32,000 nucleotides of DNA, from NCBI RefSeq assembly GCF_000021565.1, contig NC_012440.1, forward strand, positions 1,858,373 to 1,890,372, read 5' to 3'. Source of the stretch: Persephonella marina EX-H1 (GTDB lineage Bacteria > Aquificota > Aquificia > Aquificales > Hydrogenothermaceae). Shown here piece after piece: positions 17,180 through 26,683 of this stretch. How positions within the stretch are numbered: position 1 is the stretch's first letter; every line of letters begins with the position of its first letter. A model generated the notes under the pieces. It was given only the letters and a program-made list of their open reading frames with translations, was not told where the DNA came from and did no database searches. A program made the position numbers and the translations under genes.

Positions 17180-19984
17180 TTATTCAAAACATTCTGGGAG
17201 ATTCTTAATCAAGGACTGAAAAACCTCTCTCTGTTCTTCAGTCAGCTGGTCTTGATTTATAGGTTTTAAAATACAGGAAGCCTCAGATCTTCTACCCTGC
17301 TTTTTCATTATTTCGGCAACCTTCAACCTTGCCTTTATAACCTGTTCTGTAGCATCAGGATATAAATATATAACATTTATAAAGCTGTTTAAAGCATTTT
17401 CAATATCCTCAAGTTTCTCGTATATAAGACCTATCAGGTAGTAGCTTTCGGCAACATTGTTATAGTCTGAGCTGTTTAAAGCCTCCTCAAGATATCTTAA
17501 AGCATTCTGGAAGTAACCGTTCTCAAACTGTATCTTTCCAAGATAAAAGGCTATATCAGCTCTGTATTTTGGGAATCTTGTGTATATCTCCTCAAAATAG
17601 CTTTTTGCTTCGGTGTATCTTCCCGCCTTGTATAAAAGCATCGCAAGCTTGAACTTGTTCTCATCAGTTGCTGGAAGTTTTTTCATAACAGCAATAGCTT
17701 TATCAAGATCTCCCTGTTCCTCAAATATCTTTGCAAGGAGTTCTTTTGCCTGGACGTTAAACTCACCACGTGGGTATATCTTTATATACCTTGTGAGTAT
17801 CTTAACAGCCTGATCCTTATCACCGGATATATACTTAAGATAACCAAGCTTGTAAAGTGCATACTCTGACTCTTTAATATCAGCCTCAATAAGCTCCCTG
17901 TAAATCTTTTCAGCCTTATCATACTCCTGCTTTTCAGTGTAAAGATCACCAAGTTGTAGTTTTAAAAGTGATACAAAAGGATACTGTGGGTATTTCTCAA
18001 TGAATTTCTCTATCTGTGATGCAACATCTGCCCCAGATTCTTCCATCTCAAGGACTGTAAGCTGGTAGGCTGCATCTATAGCCTCAGGAGTGTTCGCATG
18101 TTCCTCAATAAACTGCTGGTATATCTTTCTTGCCTTTTCCTTCTGACCTGCGTTGTAGTAACTGTCCGCCATTCTTAACACTGCAAGGTTCCCAAGCTCC
18201 GTACCTCTATACTTTTCTGCATAATCCCTGAAAGCTTTTATAGCTTCAATATATTTACCTTCTGAGAAGTAGGAGTAAGCGTAAAGATAACCTGCCTGCT
18301 GAGCTATCTTATCATCTCCCTTTGATAACTCCCTCAGTATATCCCTCGCCTTATCTATATCCCCCTTTCTCATAAATATGTATGCAAGTAAAAACCTGCT
18401 TTTTCTGTCTTTTTTTCCTTTCACAAGGCTGTAAGCCTTATCAAGATCTCCCGCATTAAAAGCACTAACAGCCTTCATATATTCATCTGTAAATGCCTCA
18501 TAGGCCTTCTGGTAGTTTCTCTTTTTAAAGAAAAACCATCCAAGCATATTTTTAGAGTACTCAGGATCAAGATCCTTAAGCTTCCTCACAGATTCTAAAA
18601 ACTTCTGATCTTTATTAAGCTTCAGGTATATGTATGTAAGGTATATAAGAGCTTTTTTCTTTAGATCATCGGAAACGGAAAAATCAACAGCCTTCTCGAA
18701 ATAGTCAGCTGATAGAGGTATTTTTCCCATCTTCATAAGTGTAAACCCTGTGTAAAGATAAAACTCAGGTGAATCAATACCTTTCATTATCAGATAAGCA
18801 TACTCATACTTTCCCCTGTTGTAAGCTGTTATAGCAAGCTTCTTCCTGAGAAAGTCTTTATAAAGCTTTGAAACCTGAAGTGATTTCTGGAGAAGGGCAA
18901 ATGCTGTCTCAAAATCATTTTTCTCAGAGTATATATCTGCAAGCTGTATATAAAGGTTCTGTGCAAGCCTTCTGTTCCTTGGCTCTAAGGAACCAGCCTT
19001 ATCAAAAGTTCCTTTAAGATCTCCCTTTTTAATATCAATAATTCCAAGACCGTATATAACATAATCTGATATCTTCTCTACAGTTCCGTAACCCTCAAGG
19101 AATTTTTTGAAAAGCTCCTCAGCTTTATCTAAATCTCCTGTGTTCAGCTTTATAAAACCTTTAAGTATTAGAAGATGCTTTGTGTATATCTTATCCTTTA
19201 CATTCTGTATATCCTTTTCAGCCTGTTTGTAATCCTTTCTGCTGAAATTAACGTAGCCTTTTATATAATGGCAGTACTCAACAAAGTTTATATCAAGCTC
19301 AGTACAGTCTATATCCTTAAGAAGGTTATAACCTTCATCAATACTTCCTTTCATAACAAAGTTTACAGCATGAAGGAACATACTGTTTATATCCTCATAC
19401 TTTATTCTTCTCAGGAACTGATCTGTTTCGTCTGTTTTCTCTATCTGGAAGGATAGTATCGCCGCTGACATACATGAAGCATCCTTCTGGGGAAATACAT
19501 ACTTGTGGAAACATCCTCCCTTAAAATACCTGTAAGCTTCCTTCTTGTTATCCATCCTGTAGTATATAAGTCCAAGAAGGTAATGGGCCGTCCCTGAAAA
19601 TCCTGTTTTTGGATACTTTTTTATAAGTTTCTCAAGCTTTTCTCTCGCCGTAATATAGTTCCCTCTAAAGAAACTCTCTATACCATCTGCAAGAAGGGCG
19701 TTTTTCTCAGGAATACCAAGGACTGCCTGGGGTTTTTCCATATTTACAACTGGTGGATCCACAGTGTAAGGTGGAACAGGTTTTATCTCCTGTGTGAATA
19801 TCTCAACCTTTAGCTTTTCTTTAAACTGAATAACATCAGGAGCTTCAAGTGGCGGTATCTCTTCCCTCTTTTCTGCTATGATCTCTATGGGAAAAACAAC
19901 CTCGGGAACTTTTATCTGGACGGAAGAGAAAGCTTTCTGGATTGAAATGAGAGTGATGAAAACAAGAAATATAACTTTCCTCAT
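17180..19984 (-). CDS. Large exported TPR-repeat protein (934 aa), likely part of an envelope Tol/Exb-type machine
   Basis: Signal peptide, Pro-rich N-terminal region (PPLEAPDVIQFKEKLKVEIFTQEIKPVPPYTVDPPVV), then many TPR / outer-membrane-lipoprotein-type repeats (YRGTELGNLAVLRMADSYYNAGQKEKARKIYQQFIEEH). Confidence 0.88.
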   Translation of the reverse strand: MRKVIFLVFITLISIQKAFSSVQIKVPEVVFPIEIIAEKREEIPPLEAPDVIQFKEKLKVEIFTQEIKPVPPYTVDPPVVNMEKPQAVLGIPEKNALLADGIESFFRGNYITAREKLEKLIKKYPKTGFSGTAHYLLGLIYYRMDNKKEAYRYFKGGCFHKYVFPQKDASCMSAAILSFQIEKTDETDQFLRRIKYEDINSMFLHAVNFVMKGSIDEGYNLLKDIDCTELDINFVEYCHYIKGYVNFSRKDYKQAEKDIQNVKDKIYTKHLLILKGFIKLNTGDLDKAEELFKKFLEGYGTVEKISDYVIYGLGIIDIKKGDLKGTFDKAGSLEPRNRRLAQNLYIQLADIYSEKNDFETAFALLQKSLQVSKLYKDFLRKKLAITAYNRGKYEYAYLIMKGIDSPEFYLYTGFTLMKMGKIPLSADYFEKAVDFSVSDDLKKKALIYLTYIYLKLNKDQKFLESVRKLKDLDPEYSKNMLGWFFFKKRNYQKAYEAFTDEYMKAVSAFNAGDLDKAYSLVKGKKDRKSRFLLAYIFMRKGDIDKARDILRELSKGDDKIAQQAGYLYAYSYFSEGKYIEAIKAFRDYAEKYRGTELGNLAVLRMADSYYNAGQKEKARKIYQQFIEEHANTPEAIDAAYQLTVLEMEESGADVASQIEKFIEKYPQYPFVSLLKLQLGDLYTEKQEYDKAEKIYRELIEADIKESEYALYKLGYLKYISGDKDQAVKILTRYIKIYPRGEFNVQAKELLAKIFEEQGDLDKAIAVMKKLPATDENKFKLAMLLYKAGRYTEAKSYFEEIYTRFPKYRADIAFYLGKIQFENGYFQNALRYLEEALNSSDYNNVAESYYLIGLIYEKLEDIENALNSFINVIYLYPDATEQVIKARLKVAEIMKKQGRRSEASCILKPINQDQLTEEQREVFQSLIKNLPECFE

Positions 19985-20901
19985 ACCTGAACCTCTACTA
20001 TCTTTTTAGCCGCCTCAATATCCTCCTTTATCTGGTCAGAAAGCTGTTTTGTATCCTCAAACTTTTTCTCAGGTCTTATATATTCCTTAAAAAATATTCT
20101 CACATATTCCGATTCTGGATTTATATTCTTATCTATAACGTGAGCTTCTATAAAAAGTTTCTTTCCATCAACTGTAGGTCTGTAACCAAAGTTTATAACA
20201 GCAGGATGCTGATCACAGTTAAATGATACATAACCTGCATAAACACCTTTTTTCAGACAGAGATCAGGTGGTGGGATTATGTTTATCGTTGGGAAGCCTA
20301 AATCCTTCCCTTTCCCATCACCTTTAACAATCCTGCCTTTTATACAGTAATCCCTTCCTAAATATTTTGAGGCCTCTTTTATCTTTCCCTCTCTGAGAAG
20401 AGACCTTATAAGAGTACTGCTTATCCTCTCTCCATCTTCCTTTATTGGATCAACAACCTCTATTGTAAAACCAAGCTCTTCAGACTTTCTTTTCGCATAC
20501 TCTATATCTCCCTCTTTCATATAACCAAAACGCCAGTCATAACCGACTATGATATGTCTGCATCCTAACTTCTCAACAAGAAATCTTAAAAACTGATCTG
20601 CTGTTTTTTTCAGAAAATTCTGATCAAACTTTATAACATAAACAAAATCAATACTTTTTCTGCTCAGAAGGTCTATCTTTGTGTTTATATCAGTTATAAG
20701 ACATGGGGCTTTATCAGGATTGAGGAACTTTTTTGGGTGTGGATCAAATGTTATAACAAGTGATCTTAAATTTTTTTCTTTAGCCCTTTTCTTTACCAGA
20801 TTAAGTATCTCTACATGTCCCTTATGGAAGCCATCAAAACTCCCGATTGTACATACAGTTTTCTCATTTAAAGGCAGGTCTCTATCAGTTATTACCTTCA
20901 T
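19981..20901 (-). CDS. ribF: Bifunctional riboflavin kinase / FAD synthetase
   Basis: CTIGSFDGFHKGHVEILNLVKKRAKE, ITFDPHPKKFL, VGYDWRFGYMKEGD, SSTLIRSLLREGKIKEASKYLGRDYCIKGRIVKGDGKGKDLGFPTINI. Confidence 0.95.
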   Translation of the reverse strand: MKVITDRDLPLNEKTVCTIGSFDGFHKGHVEILNLVKKRAKEKNLRSLVITFDPHPKKFLNPDKAPCLITDINTKIDLLSRKSIDFVYVIKFDQNFLKKTADQFLRFLVEKLGCRHIIVGYDWRFGYMKEGDIEYAKRKSEELGFTIEVVDPIKEDGERISSTLIRSLLREGKIKEASKYLGRDYCIKGRIVKGDGKGKDLGFPTINIIPPPDLCLKKGVYAGYVSFNCDQHPAVINFGYRPTVDGKKLFIEAHVIDKNINPESEYVRIFFKEYIRPEKKFEDTKQLSDQIKEDIEAAKKIVEVQV

Positions 20902-21317
20902 TCTTCCTCTTCTAAAAATTTATTTGCAACATCAATGATAACCGAGTAAGAAAAACCTCTATTCTTTAAAAATTTTACTACAGTATGGAACTGTTTTTCT
21001 TTTTTATACTTTTTCTTCAGAAGGTTGTAGGCTGTTTCAAATTCTTCATCATAGGATATCTCAGGTGGTTCAACACCTTTAGAGTAAAACTTCTTCTTTA
21101 TATAGATAGGACTTTTGCCTTTTTCTTTAAGTAATGAGCTGAGTCTTTCCTTCAGCTTTTGATCATCAAGGTAACCTTTCTGTACCAGATACTGAACTAC
21201 CTGATCTGACTCTTCCGGATCAAATCCCTTTTTTACAAGTTTATCTTTAAGCTCAGATGAGAAGTAATCCCTTTTTGATAGAAGCTTAAAAGCGTAGGAC
21301 AGAGCTTCCCTTTTCAA
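20898..21317 (-). CDS. recX: RecX-family recombination regulator
   Basis: ALSYAFKLLSKRDYFSSELKDKLVKKGFDPEESDQVVQYLVQKGYLDDQKL, plus the second helical repeat. Confidence 0.88.
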   Translation of the reverse strand: MKREALSYAFKLLSKRDYFSSELKDKLVKKGFDPEESDQVVQYLVQKGYLDDQKLKERLSSLLKEKGKSPIYIKKKFYSKGVEPPEISYDEEFETAYNLLKKKYKKEKQFHTVVKFLKNRGFSYSVIIDVANKFLEEEE

Positions 21318-22435
21318 ACAATATCTCCACCCATTCCATACATTCCAGAATCATACTCACCTGAGGATATGCCCTTTATCTTCAGCTCAAGATCAGCTGG
21401 ATTTGAGGCATAGGCAAGTGCATCCTCGTATGTTATCCATCCCTTGTTGTAAAGATCCAGTATAGCCTGATCAAATGTCTGCATTCCGTACTGGGATCTT
21501 CCCTTTTCCATAAGATCAGTTATCTCTTCAAACTTATCTGGATCAATAATTGCATCATATATAGCCCCTGTGTTTATAAGAATCTCAACTGCAGGAACTA
21601 TACCTTTACCATCTTTCCTCGGTATTAGTCTCTGTGATATAACAGCTCTCAGTGTTGTTGCAAGGAGAAGTCTTATATGGTTCTGTGCTTCAAGTGGAAA
21701 CATATCTATAATCCTGTTTATAGTTTCCTTTGCGTCCTGTGTGTGTAGTGTGGAGAAAACAAGGTGCCCTGTTTCAGCAGCTCTCAGTGCTGTCTCTATA
21801 GTCTCAATATCCCTCATCTCACCAACCATAATAACATCAGGGTCTTCCCTTAATGCAGCTCTAAGGGCTGTTGAGAAATCATTTGTGTCAAGACCTATCT
21901 CTCTCTGGACTATGTAACACTGTTTATCCCTGAATATATACTCTATAGGATCCTCAATTGTTACAACAACATCTCTTCTTCTCTCATTTCTGTAATCTAT
22001 CATGGCTGCAAGTGTTGTTGATTTACCTGAACCTGTTGGACCTGTTACAAGAACAAGCCCCCTTGCTTCCATAGCAATATCTTTCAGTTTAAGAGGGAGG
22101 TTTAACGCCTCTATTGTAGGTATGTCTGTTTTCAAAACCCTGAAGGCAAAAGCGTAAGTTCCTCTCTGCTTGTAAATATTAACCCTGAATCTGCTCAGAC
22201 CTGGTATTGAGTATGATATATCAAGCTCACCATTTTTTATTAGCTCTGATCTCTTTCTCTCTGTTTTTACAACCCTTCCTATAAATTTAACAATATCCTC
22301 TTCCTTTAATCTCTCATACTTATCAAGATACTGGAGCTCCCTGTTTACCCTCACAACAGGAGGAAGGCCTACCTTAAGATGTATATCTGAAGCTCCCACC
22401 TCAACAGCATTTGTAAGTATCTCGTCAATATTCAT
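21314..22435 (-). CDS. pilT: Type IV pilus retraction ATPase PilT
   Basis: GASDIHLKVG, RGLVLVTGPTGSGKSTTLAAMIDY, ALREDPDVIMVGEMRDIETIETALRAAETGHLVFSTLHTQDA, AVISQRLIPR. Confidence 0.96.
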   Translation of the reverse strand: MNIDEILTNAVEVGASDIHLKVGLPPVVRVNRELQYLDKYERLKEEDIVKFIGRVVKTERKRSELIKNGELDISYSIPGLSRFRVNIYKQRGTYAFAFRVLKTDIPTIEALNLPLKLKDIAMEARGLVLVTGPTGSGKSTTLAAMIDYRNERRRDVVVTIEDPIEYIFRDKQCYIVQREIGLDTNDFSTALRAALREDPDVIMVGEMRDIETIETALRAAETGHLVFSTLHTQDAKETINRIIDMFPLEAQNHIRLLLATTLRAVISQRLIPRKDGKGIVPAVEILINTGAIYDAIIDPDKFEEITDLMEKGRSQYGMQTFDQAILDLYNKGWITYEDALAYASNPADLELKIKGISSGEYDSGMYGMGGDIV

Positions 22436-22453
22436 ATAGCATCCTCCCTTCCT

Positions 22454-23470
22454 TTATTGAGAGGTCTTTAAAAACTCCTCCCTTATTCTGTTTTCTATCT
22501 CCTGTGCTATATCTGGATTCTGTTTTAAAAACTCTCTCGCCTTTTCCCTTCCCTGTCCTATCTTTGAATCTCCGTAAGAGTACCATGCTCCACTTTTCTT
22601 TATTATTCCTATCTCTTCCCCAAGGTCTAAAAGCTCACCTTCCTTTGAAATTCCCTCACCATATATAACATCAAACTCAGCCTCTTTGAATGGTGGTGCA
22701 AGCTTGTTTTTAACAACCTTTACCTTAACCCTGCTCCCGACCTTCTCACCTGAGTCCTTTATATCTTTCTTTCTAACCTCAAGTCTCATATCTGCGAAGA
22801 ACTTTATAGCCCTTCCACCTGTTGTCGTTTCAGGATTTCCAAACATAACACCAACTTTTTCCCTAATCTGGTTTATAAGAATGAGAGATGTGTTTGATTT
22901 ATTAACAGCACCTTTAAGAACCCTCATAGCTTTTGACATAAGCCTTGCATGTAACCCAACATTACTGTCCTCAATATCACCTTCAAGCTCAGCTTTTGGA
23001 ACAAGAGCTGCAACTGAATCAATGATGATAACATCTATAACGCCACTTCTTATAAGCGTTTCAGCTATCTCAAGAGCCTGTTCACCATAATCTGGCTGTG
23101 ATATTATCAGATCCTCAAGATTAACACCTATAGCTTTTGCATACTTAGGATCAAAGGCATGCTCAGCATCTATGAATACGGCTTTACCGCCTCTTTTCTG
23201 TGCTTCAGCTATAATATGAAGTGTGAGTGTCGTCTTTCCTGAAGACTCAGGTCCGTATATCTCAACAACCCTTCCCTTGGGAACACCACCTATCCCGGTT
23301 GCTATATCAAGTGTTAAGGAGCCTGATGGTATAACATCAACAGTTTTCTCAGCTTCAGAGCTGAGAGTCATTATTGACCCTTTCCCAAACTTCTTCTCAA
23401 TCTGGGCAAGGGCACTCTCAAGTGCTTTCTTTTTTGCCTGTAACTCCTTTTGATCTAAAACTTCACTCAT
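22454..23470 (-). CDS. recA: Recombinase RecA (no intein)
   Basis: [88 protein letters not shown]. Confidence 0.98.
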   Translation of the reverse strand: MSEVLDQKELQAKKKALESALAQIEKKFGKGSIMTLSSEAEKTVDVIPSGSLTLDIATGIGGVPKGRVVEIYGPESSGKTTLTLHIIAEAQKRGGKAVFIDAEHAFDPKYAKAIGVNLEDLIISQPDYGEQALEIAETLIRSGVIDVIIIDSVAALVPKAELEGDIEDSNVGLHARLMSKAMRVLKGAVNKSNTSLILINQIREKVGVMFGNPETTTGGRAIKFFADMRLEVRKKDIKDSGEKVGSRVKVKVVKNKLAPPFKEAEFDVIYGEGISKEGELLDLGEEIGIIKKSGAWYSYGDSKIGQGREKAREFLKQNPDIAQEIENRIREEFLKTSQ

Positions 23471-23493
23471 CTATAAATATCCTCCGTTATTAT

Positions 23494-23796
23494 TTATTCG
23501 GCAGAAACAACCCTTGGTACAACAAAAAATCCATCCTCACTTTGAGGAGCATTTTTGAGGGCATCATCATTTGTTAAACCTTCCTCAGGTATATCTTCCC
23601 TCAATGGTGCTTCCTGATCTATCATCTCATAAAAAGGTAATATATTCTCCGTATCAAGTTCTTCCAGTTTTTCAATAAAACCTAATATATCTGAAAGCTG
23701 TTTTGAGAAAAGCTCAACTTCCTCTTCTGTAAGCCTTAATTTTGCAAGCTGTGCAACCTTTTCAACAGTCTGTCTGTCTATCATCTCCAACCTCAC
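23494..23796 (-). CDS. gatC: Asp-tRNA(Asn)/Glu-tRNA(Gln) amidotransferase subunit C
   Basis: VEKVAQLAKLRLTEEEVELFSKQLSDILGFIEKLEELDTENILPFYE and REDIPEEGLTNDDALKNAPQSEDGFFVVPRVV. The likely true start is the ATG at 23784. Confidence 0.93.
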   Translation of the reverse strand: MRLEMIDRQTVEKVAQLAKLRLTEEEVELFSKQLSDILGFIEKLEELDTENILPFYEMIDQEAPLREDIPEEGLTNDDALKNAPQSEDGFFVVPRVVSAE

Positions 23797-23930
23797 AAAA
23801 TTTTTTTAACTTCCGATAATAATTCTAACATCTGTAGCATATATGATAAAAATCATTTTAAATAAATAACTTTTAGCTTAAATTATTAACAACTTCAGTT
23901 AGCATCCCCCTCCCTCCCCCTCCATTTCCT

Positions 23931-23965
23931 GCGGGTCACAGAAGACCCGCCTTTTTATTTTTTTC
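23931..23965 (+). terminator. Rho-independent terminator, plus-strand polarity
   Basis: GCGGGTC-ACAGAA-GACCCGC (7-bp perfect stem) followed by CTTTTTATTTTTTT. The T-tract overlaps the 3' end of the minus-strand topA gene. Confidence 0.65.
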
Positions 23966-25997
23966 TTCTTTTTCTGAAATACATCTCAAGCCATTTTAAT
24001 GCTTTTTCTGGCTTATCTATAAGATCCTCTTTACCATTTTTTATAAGAACCGCCTTCTGTTTCTCTGAGAGCTTATAGCTTTTCATAGCCTCTTTCTTTG
24101 CTTTATTTATCCATCTTTTTATCTTTTCCTTGTCCTGAAGGACATCTTCAGGAAGTTCAAGACCTGTTTTCTCAGATAGAGATCTTGCATAGGCTATCTG
24201 CTTTTCTGAAGGTTTTGTTTCCTTATGCTGATCAATAAACTCCTTAAGCTTTTCAGGATCATCAATTATGTCTGATATATCTTTGCCATGTTTTTTTGCA
24301 AGATCAAGGGCATAATCCTTCATCTTCTTGCTTATAACATTCTTCGCACCTTCAACAGACTTTCTGTATAGCTCCTCAACAAACTCCTTCCAGTCTTTTT
24401 TCTTCTCCTCAACAGCATCAAGAAACTCTTCCATCCTTCTTGTAAAATCGTAATCTATAACCCAGTTGTACTTCCCGTTAAGGTAGTCTATGAGATGGTA
24501 TGCAGCCTCTGTAGGTCTTAAAGAACCTCCTTCTTTTACAACATATCCTCTATCTTTTATCGTTTTTATGATCGTTGCGTATGTTGATGGCCTTCCTATC
24601 CCGAGCTCCTCAAGTTTTCTGACAAGACTTCCTTCAGTGTATCTTCCTGGAGGCTTTGTCCATTTTTCCTCAAGCTTCTGGTCTACTTTCTCTACTGTCT
24701 CTCCCTTTTTCAGATCAGGAAGTCTCTGGGTTTCTTCTTTATCCTCAATGTTGTAAACCTTCTTGTAACCGTCAAACTTAAGAACCGAACCTGTTGTTTT
24801 GAACACATATCCACCTATATCAAAGAGAGCGGTTGTTCTGTCATAAACAGCGTCTTTCATCTGGCTTGCTATAGTTCTCTGGTATATAAGCTTGAGAAGT
24901 TTAAAGTGATCCTCAGTAAGTCCTTTTTCAGATACTAGCTTTCTCTGTGTGTCCAGATCAACAAAGTTAGTTATTCTTATAGCCTCATGTGCATCTGCCT
25001 GTGTATTTTTTGATCTGTAAACCCTTGTTTTTGATGGTAGATACTCCTTACCAAAACTCTTTTCAATAAACTTCCTGATACCTGTTAGAGCCTCCTTTGA
25101 TATTCTGACACTATCAGTTCTGTGGTATGTTATAAGACCGTTCTCAAAAAGATCCTGAGCAAGCATCATCGTTTTCTCAGGTGCAAATCTAAGCTGTGAG
25201 TTTGCTGTCTGCTGTAGAGAAGATGTTGTGAATGGAGGCTTAGGAGACTGTTTTACCTCTTTCTTCTTAATATCCTTCACAACAGCCTGTCTGACAGTTT
25301 TTATACCCTCGTATATCTTCTTTGCAAGCTCTTTATCCTCAAGACGCTGTTTCTCGTAGTACGATACAAACTGTGTATCATCTTTCTTCAGAATAGCTGT
25401 AAGAACATAGTAAGGTGTTGGTTTGAACTGCTGTATCTCCCTTTCCCTCTCAACTATAAGCCTCACAGCTGGAGACTGAACTCTACCAACAGAGAACCTT
25501 CCTCCTATCTCCTTTGATGCTATAGGGGAGAGCGTATAACCAACTATCCTGTCCCCAACCCTTCTACCAAGGAAAGCATCAAAAAGTCCAAAGTTTGTCT
25601 GTTCAAATTTTGGTGCTTTTTTGATTATATCCTTGACATGTTTCTCTGTTATCTCATGAAACTCGGCTCTCTTTATATCTTTTGCCTTTTTCTTCAGCTC
25701 CTCATACATAAAGTATCCTATAGCATAACCCTCTCTATCAGGGTCTGTTGCTATATAAACCTCTGCATTCTCAGCGAGTTTTTTTACCTCTGAAAGCATC
25801 TTCCTGTGGTTTTTAGACTTTATCACAAACTTTGGTTTAAATGTTTTCAGATCAACACCCATCTCCTTCTCAGGGAGATCCTTAAAATGTCCTATTGTTG
25901 CTTTAACAGAGTATTCCTTACCTAAGAATTTCTGTATCTCCCTTGCTTTTTTCGGAGATTCCACTATTACAATCTTTTTAGTTTTCTTATCTCCCAT
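23955..25997 (-). CDS. topA: Type IA DNA topoisomerase I, variant without zinc fingers
   Basis: KKIVIVESPKKAREIQKFLG, ATIGHFKDLPEKEMGVD, ATDPDREGYAIGYF, GRFSVGRVQSPAVRLIVERE, active-site GLITYHRTDSVRIS, EAIRITN, LEELGIGRPSTYATIIKTIKDRGYV. ATG at 25997 has a GAGGT SD and avoids overlap with queC; the ORF track starts at 26021. Confidence 0.95.
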   Translation of the reverse strand: MGDKKTKKIVIVESPKKAREIQKFLGKEYSVKATIGHFKDLPEKEMGVDLKTFKPKFVIKSKNHRKMLSEVKKLAENAEVYIATDPDREGYAIGYFMYEELKKKAKDIKRAEFHEITEKHVKDIIKKAPKFEQTNFGLFDAFLGRRVGDRIVGYTLSPIASKEIGGRFSVGRVQSPAVRLIVEREREIQQFKPTPYYVLTAILKKDDTQFVSYYEKQRLEDKELAKKIYEGIKTVRQAVVKDIKKKEVKQSPKPPFTTSSLQQTANSQLRFAPEKTMMLAQDLFENGLITYHRTDSVRISKEALTGIRKFIEKSFGKEYLPSKTRVYRSKNTQADAHEAIRITNFVDLDTQRKLVSEKGLTEDHFKLLKLIYQRTIASQMKDAVYDRTTALFDIGGYVFKTTGSVLKFDGYKKVYNIEDKEETQRLPDLKKGETVEKVDQKLEEKWTKPPGRYTEGSLVRKLEELGIGRPSTYATIIKTIKDRGYVVKEGGSLRPTEAAYHLIDYLNGKYNWVIDYDFTRRMEEFLDAVEEKKKDWKEFVEELYRKSVEGAKNVISKKMKDYALDLAKKHGKDISDIIDDPEKLKEFIDQHKETKPSEKQIAYARSLSEKTGLELPEDVLQDKEKIKRWINKAKKEAMKSYKLSEKQKAVLIKNGKEDLIDKPEKALKWLEMYFRKRRKK

Positions 25998-25999
25998 CT

Positions 26000-26683
26000 T
26001 TACCTCTCTTTTTTGAACCATGGATCTTCAAGCCCAACTGATCTGAAAGCCTCAATCCTCTGTCTGCAGGTTGCACACTCACCACATGGAGGGATCGTCC
26101 CTCTGTAGCATGAGTATGTCTTTTCGTATGGAACACCAAGCTCCAGACCAATTCTCAAAACATCCGTTTTTGTCATACCTAAAAAAGGTGTATAAACTGT
26201 AATCCTGTTTTTCTTTTTTGCAACCATAACTGAAGAGGCATTGATAGCTGCCTCGGCAGCGGAAACAAACTCTGCTCTACAGTCAGGATACGGACTGTCA
26301 ACAGAGTGAACGCCTATACCTATATTTTCTATCTCATAAATATCAGCAAATGATGCCGCTATAGAGAGAAAGTTAAGATTTCTCATTGGAACTGTTGTTA
26401 CTGGTGGTCCTTCAGGATACTCCTCTGATGGTATCTCAACGGATCTGTCTGTTAATGCCGATCCCTTTATACCTTTTAGATGTGGAACTTCAGCTATAAA
26501 ATGCTCCTCAACACCTGCCTCTTCTGTAAGTTTTTTTGCAAAATCAAGCTCTACCCTGTGTTTCTGTCCGTAATCAAATGAGACAGCATAAACTTTATCA
26601 AACTCTTTTTTTGCAAGCCATAAAAGTGCAGCACTATCCATTCCTCCTGAAACGAGGATTATTATGCTACTGGACTGCTTCAT
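26000..26683 (-). CDS. queC: 7-cyano-7-deazaguanine synthase QueC
   Basis: IILVSGGMDSAALLWLAKKEFDKVYAVSFDYGQKHRVEL and SCYRGTIPPCGECATCRQRIEAF (zinc-binding Cys set). Confidence 0.96.
   Translation of the reverse strand: MKQSSSIIILVSGGMDSAALLWLAKKEFDKVYAVSFDYGQKHRVELDFAKKLTEEAGVEEHFIAEVPHLKGIKGSALTDRSVEIPSEEYPEGPPVTTVPMRNLNFLSIAASFADIYEIENIGIGVHSVDSPYPDCRAEFVSAAEAAINASSVMVAKKKNRITVYTPFLGMTKTDVLRIGLELGVPYEKTYSCYRGTIPPCGECATCRQRIEAFRSVGLEDPWFKKER

Noticed and set aside
19175-19456. Plus-strand 92-aa hydrophobic ORF (MLCVYLILYILYILF...) opposite the TPR gene, resembling a small toxin-like membrane peptide
   Set aside because: The hydrophobicity arises from reverse-complementing Lys/Glu/Asp/Tyr-rich TPR codons. 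No RBS and no toxin-antitoxin layout.
22454-23470. Checked recA for an intein or insertion
   Set aside because: The translation is contiguous through all RecA motifs and of normal length (338 aa).
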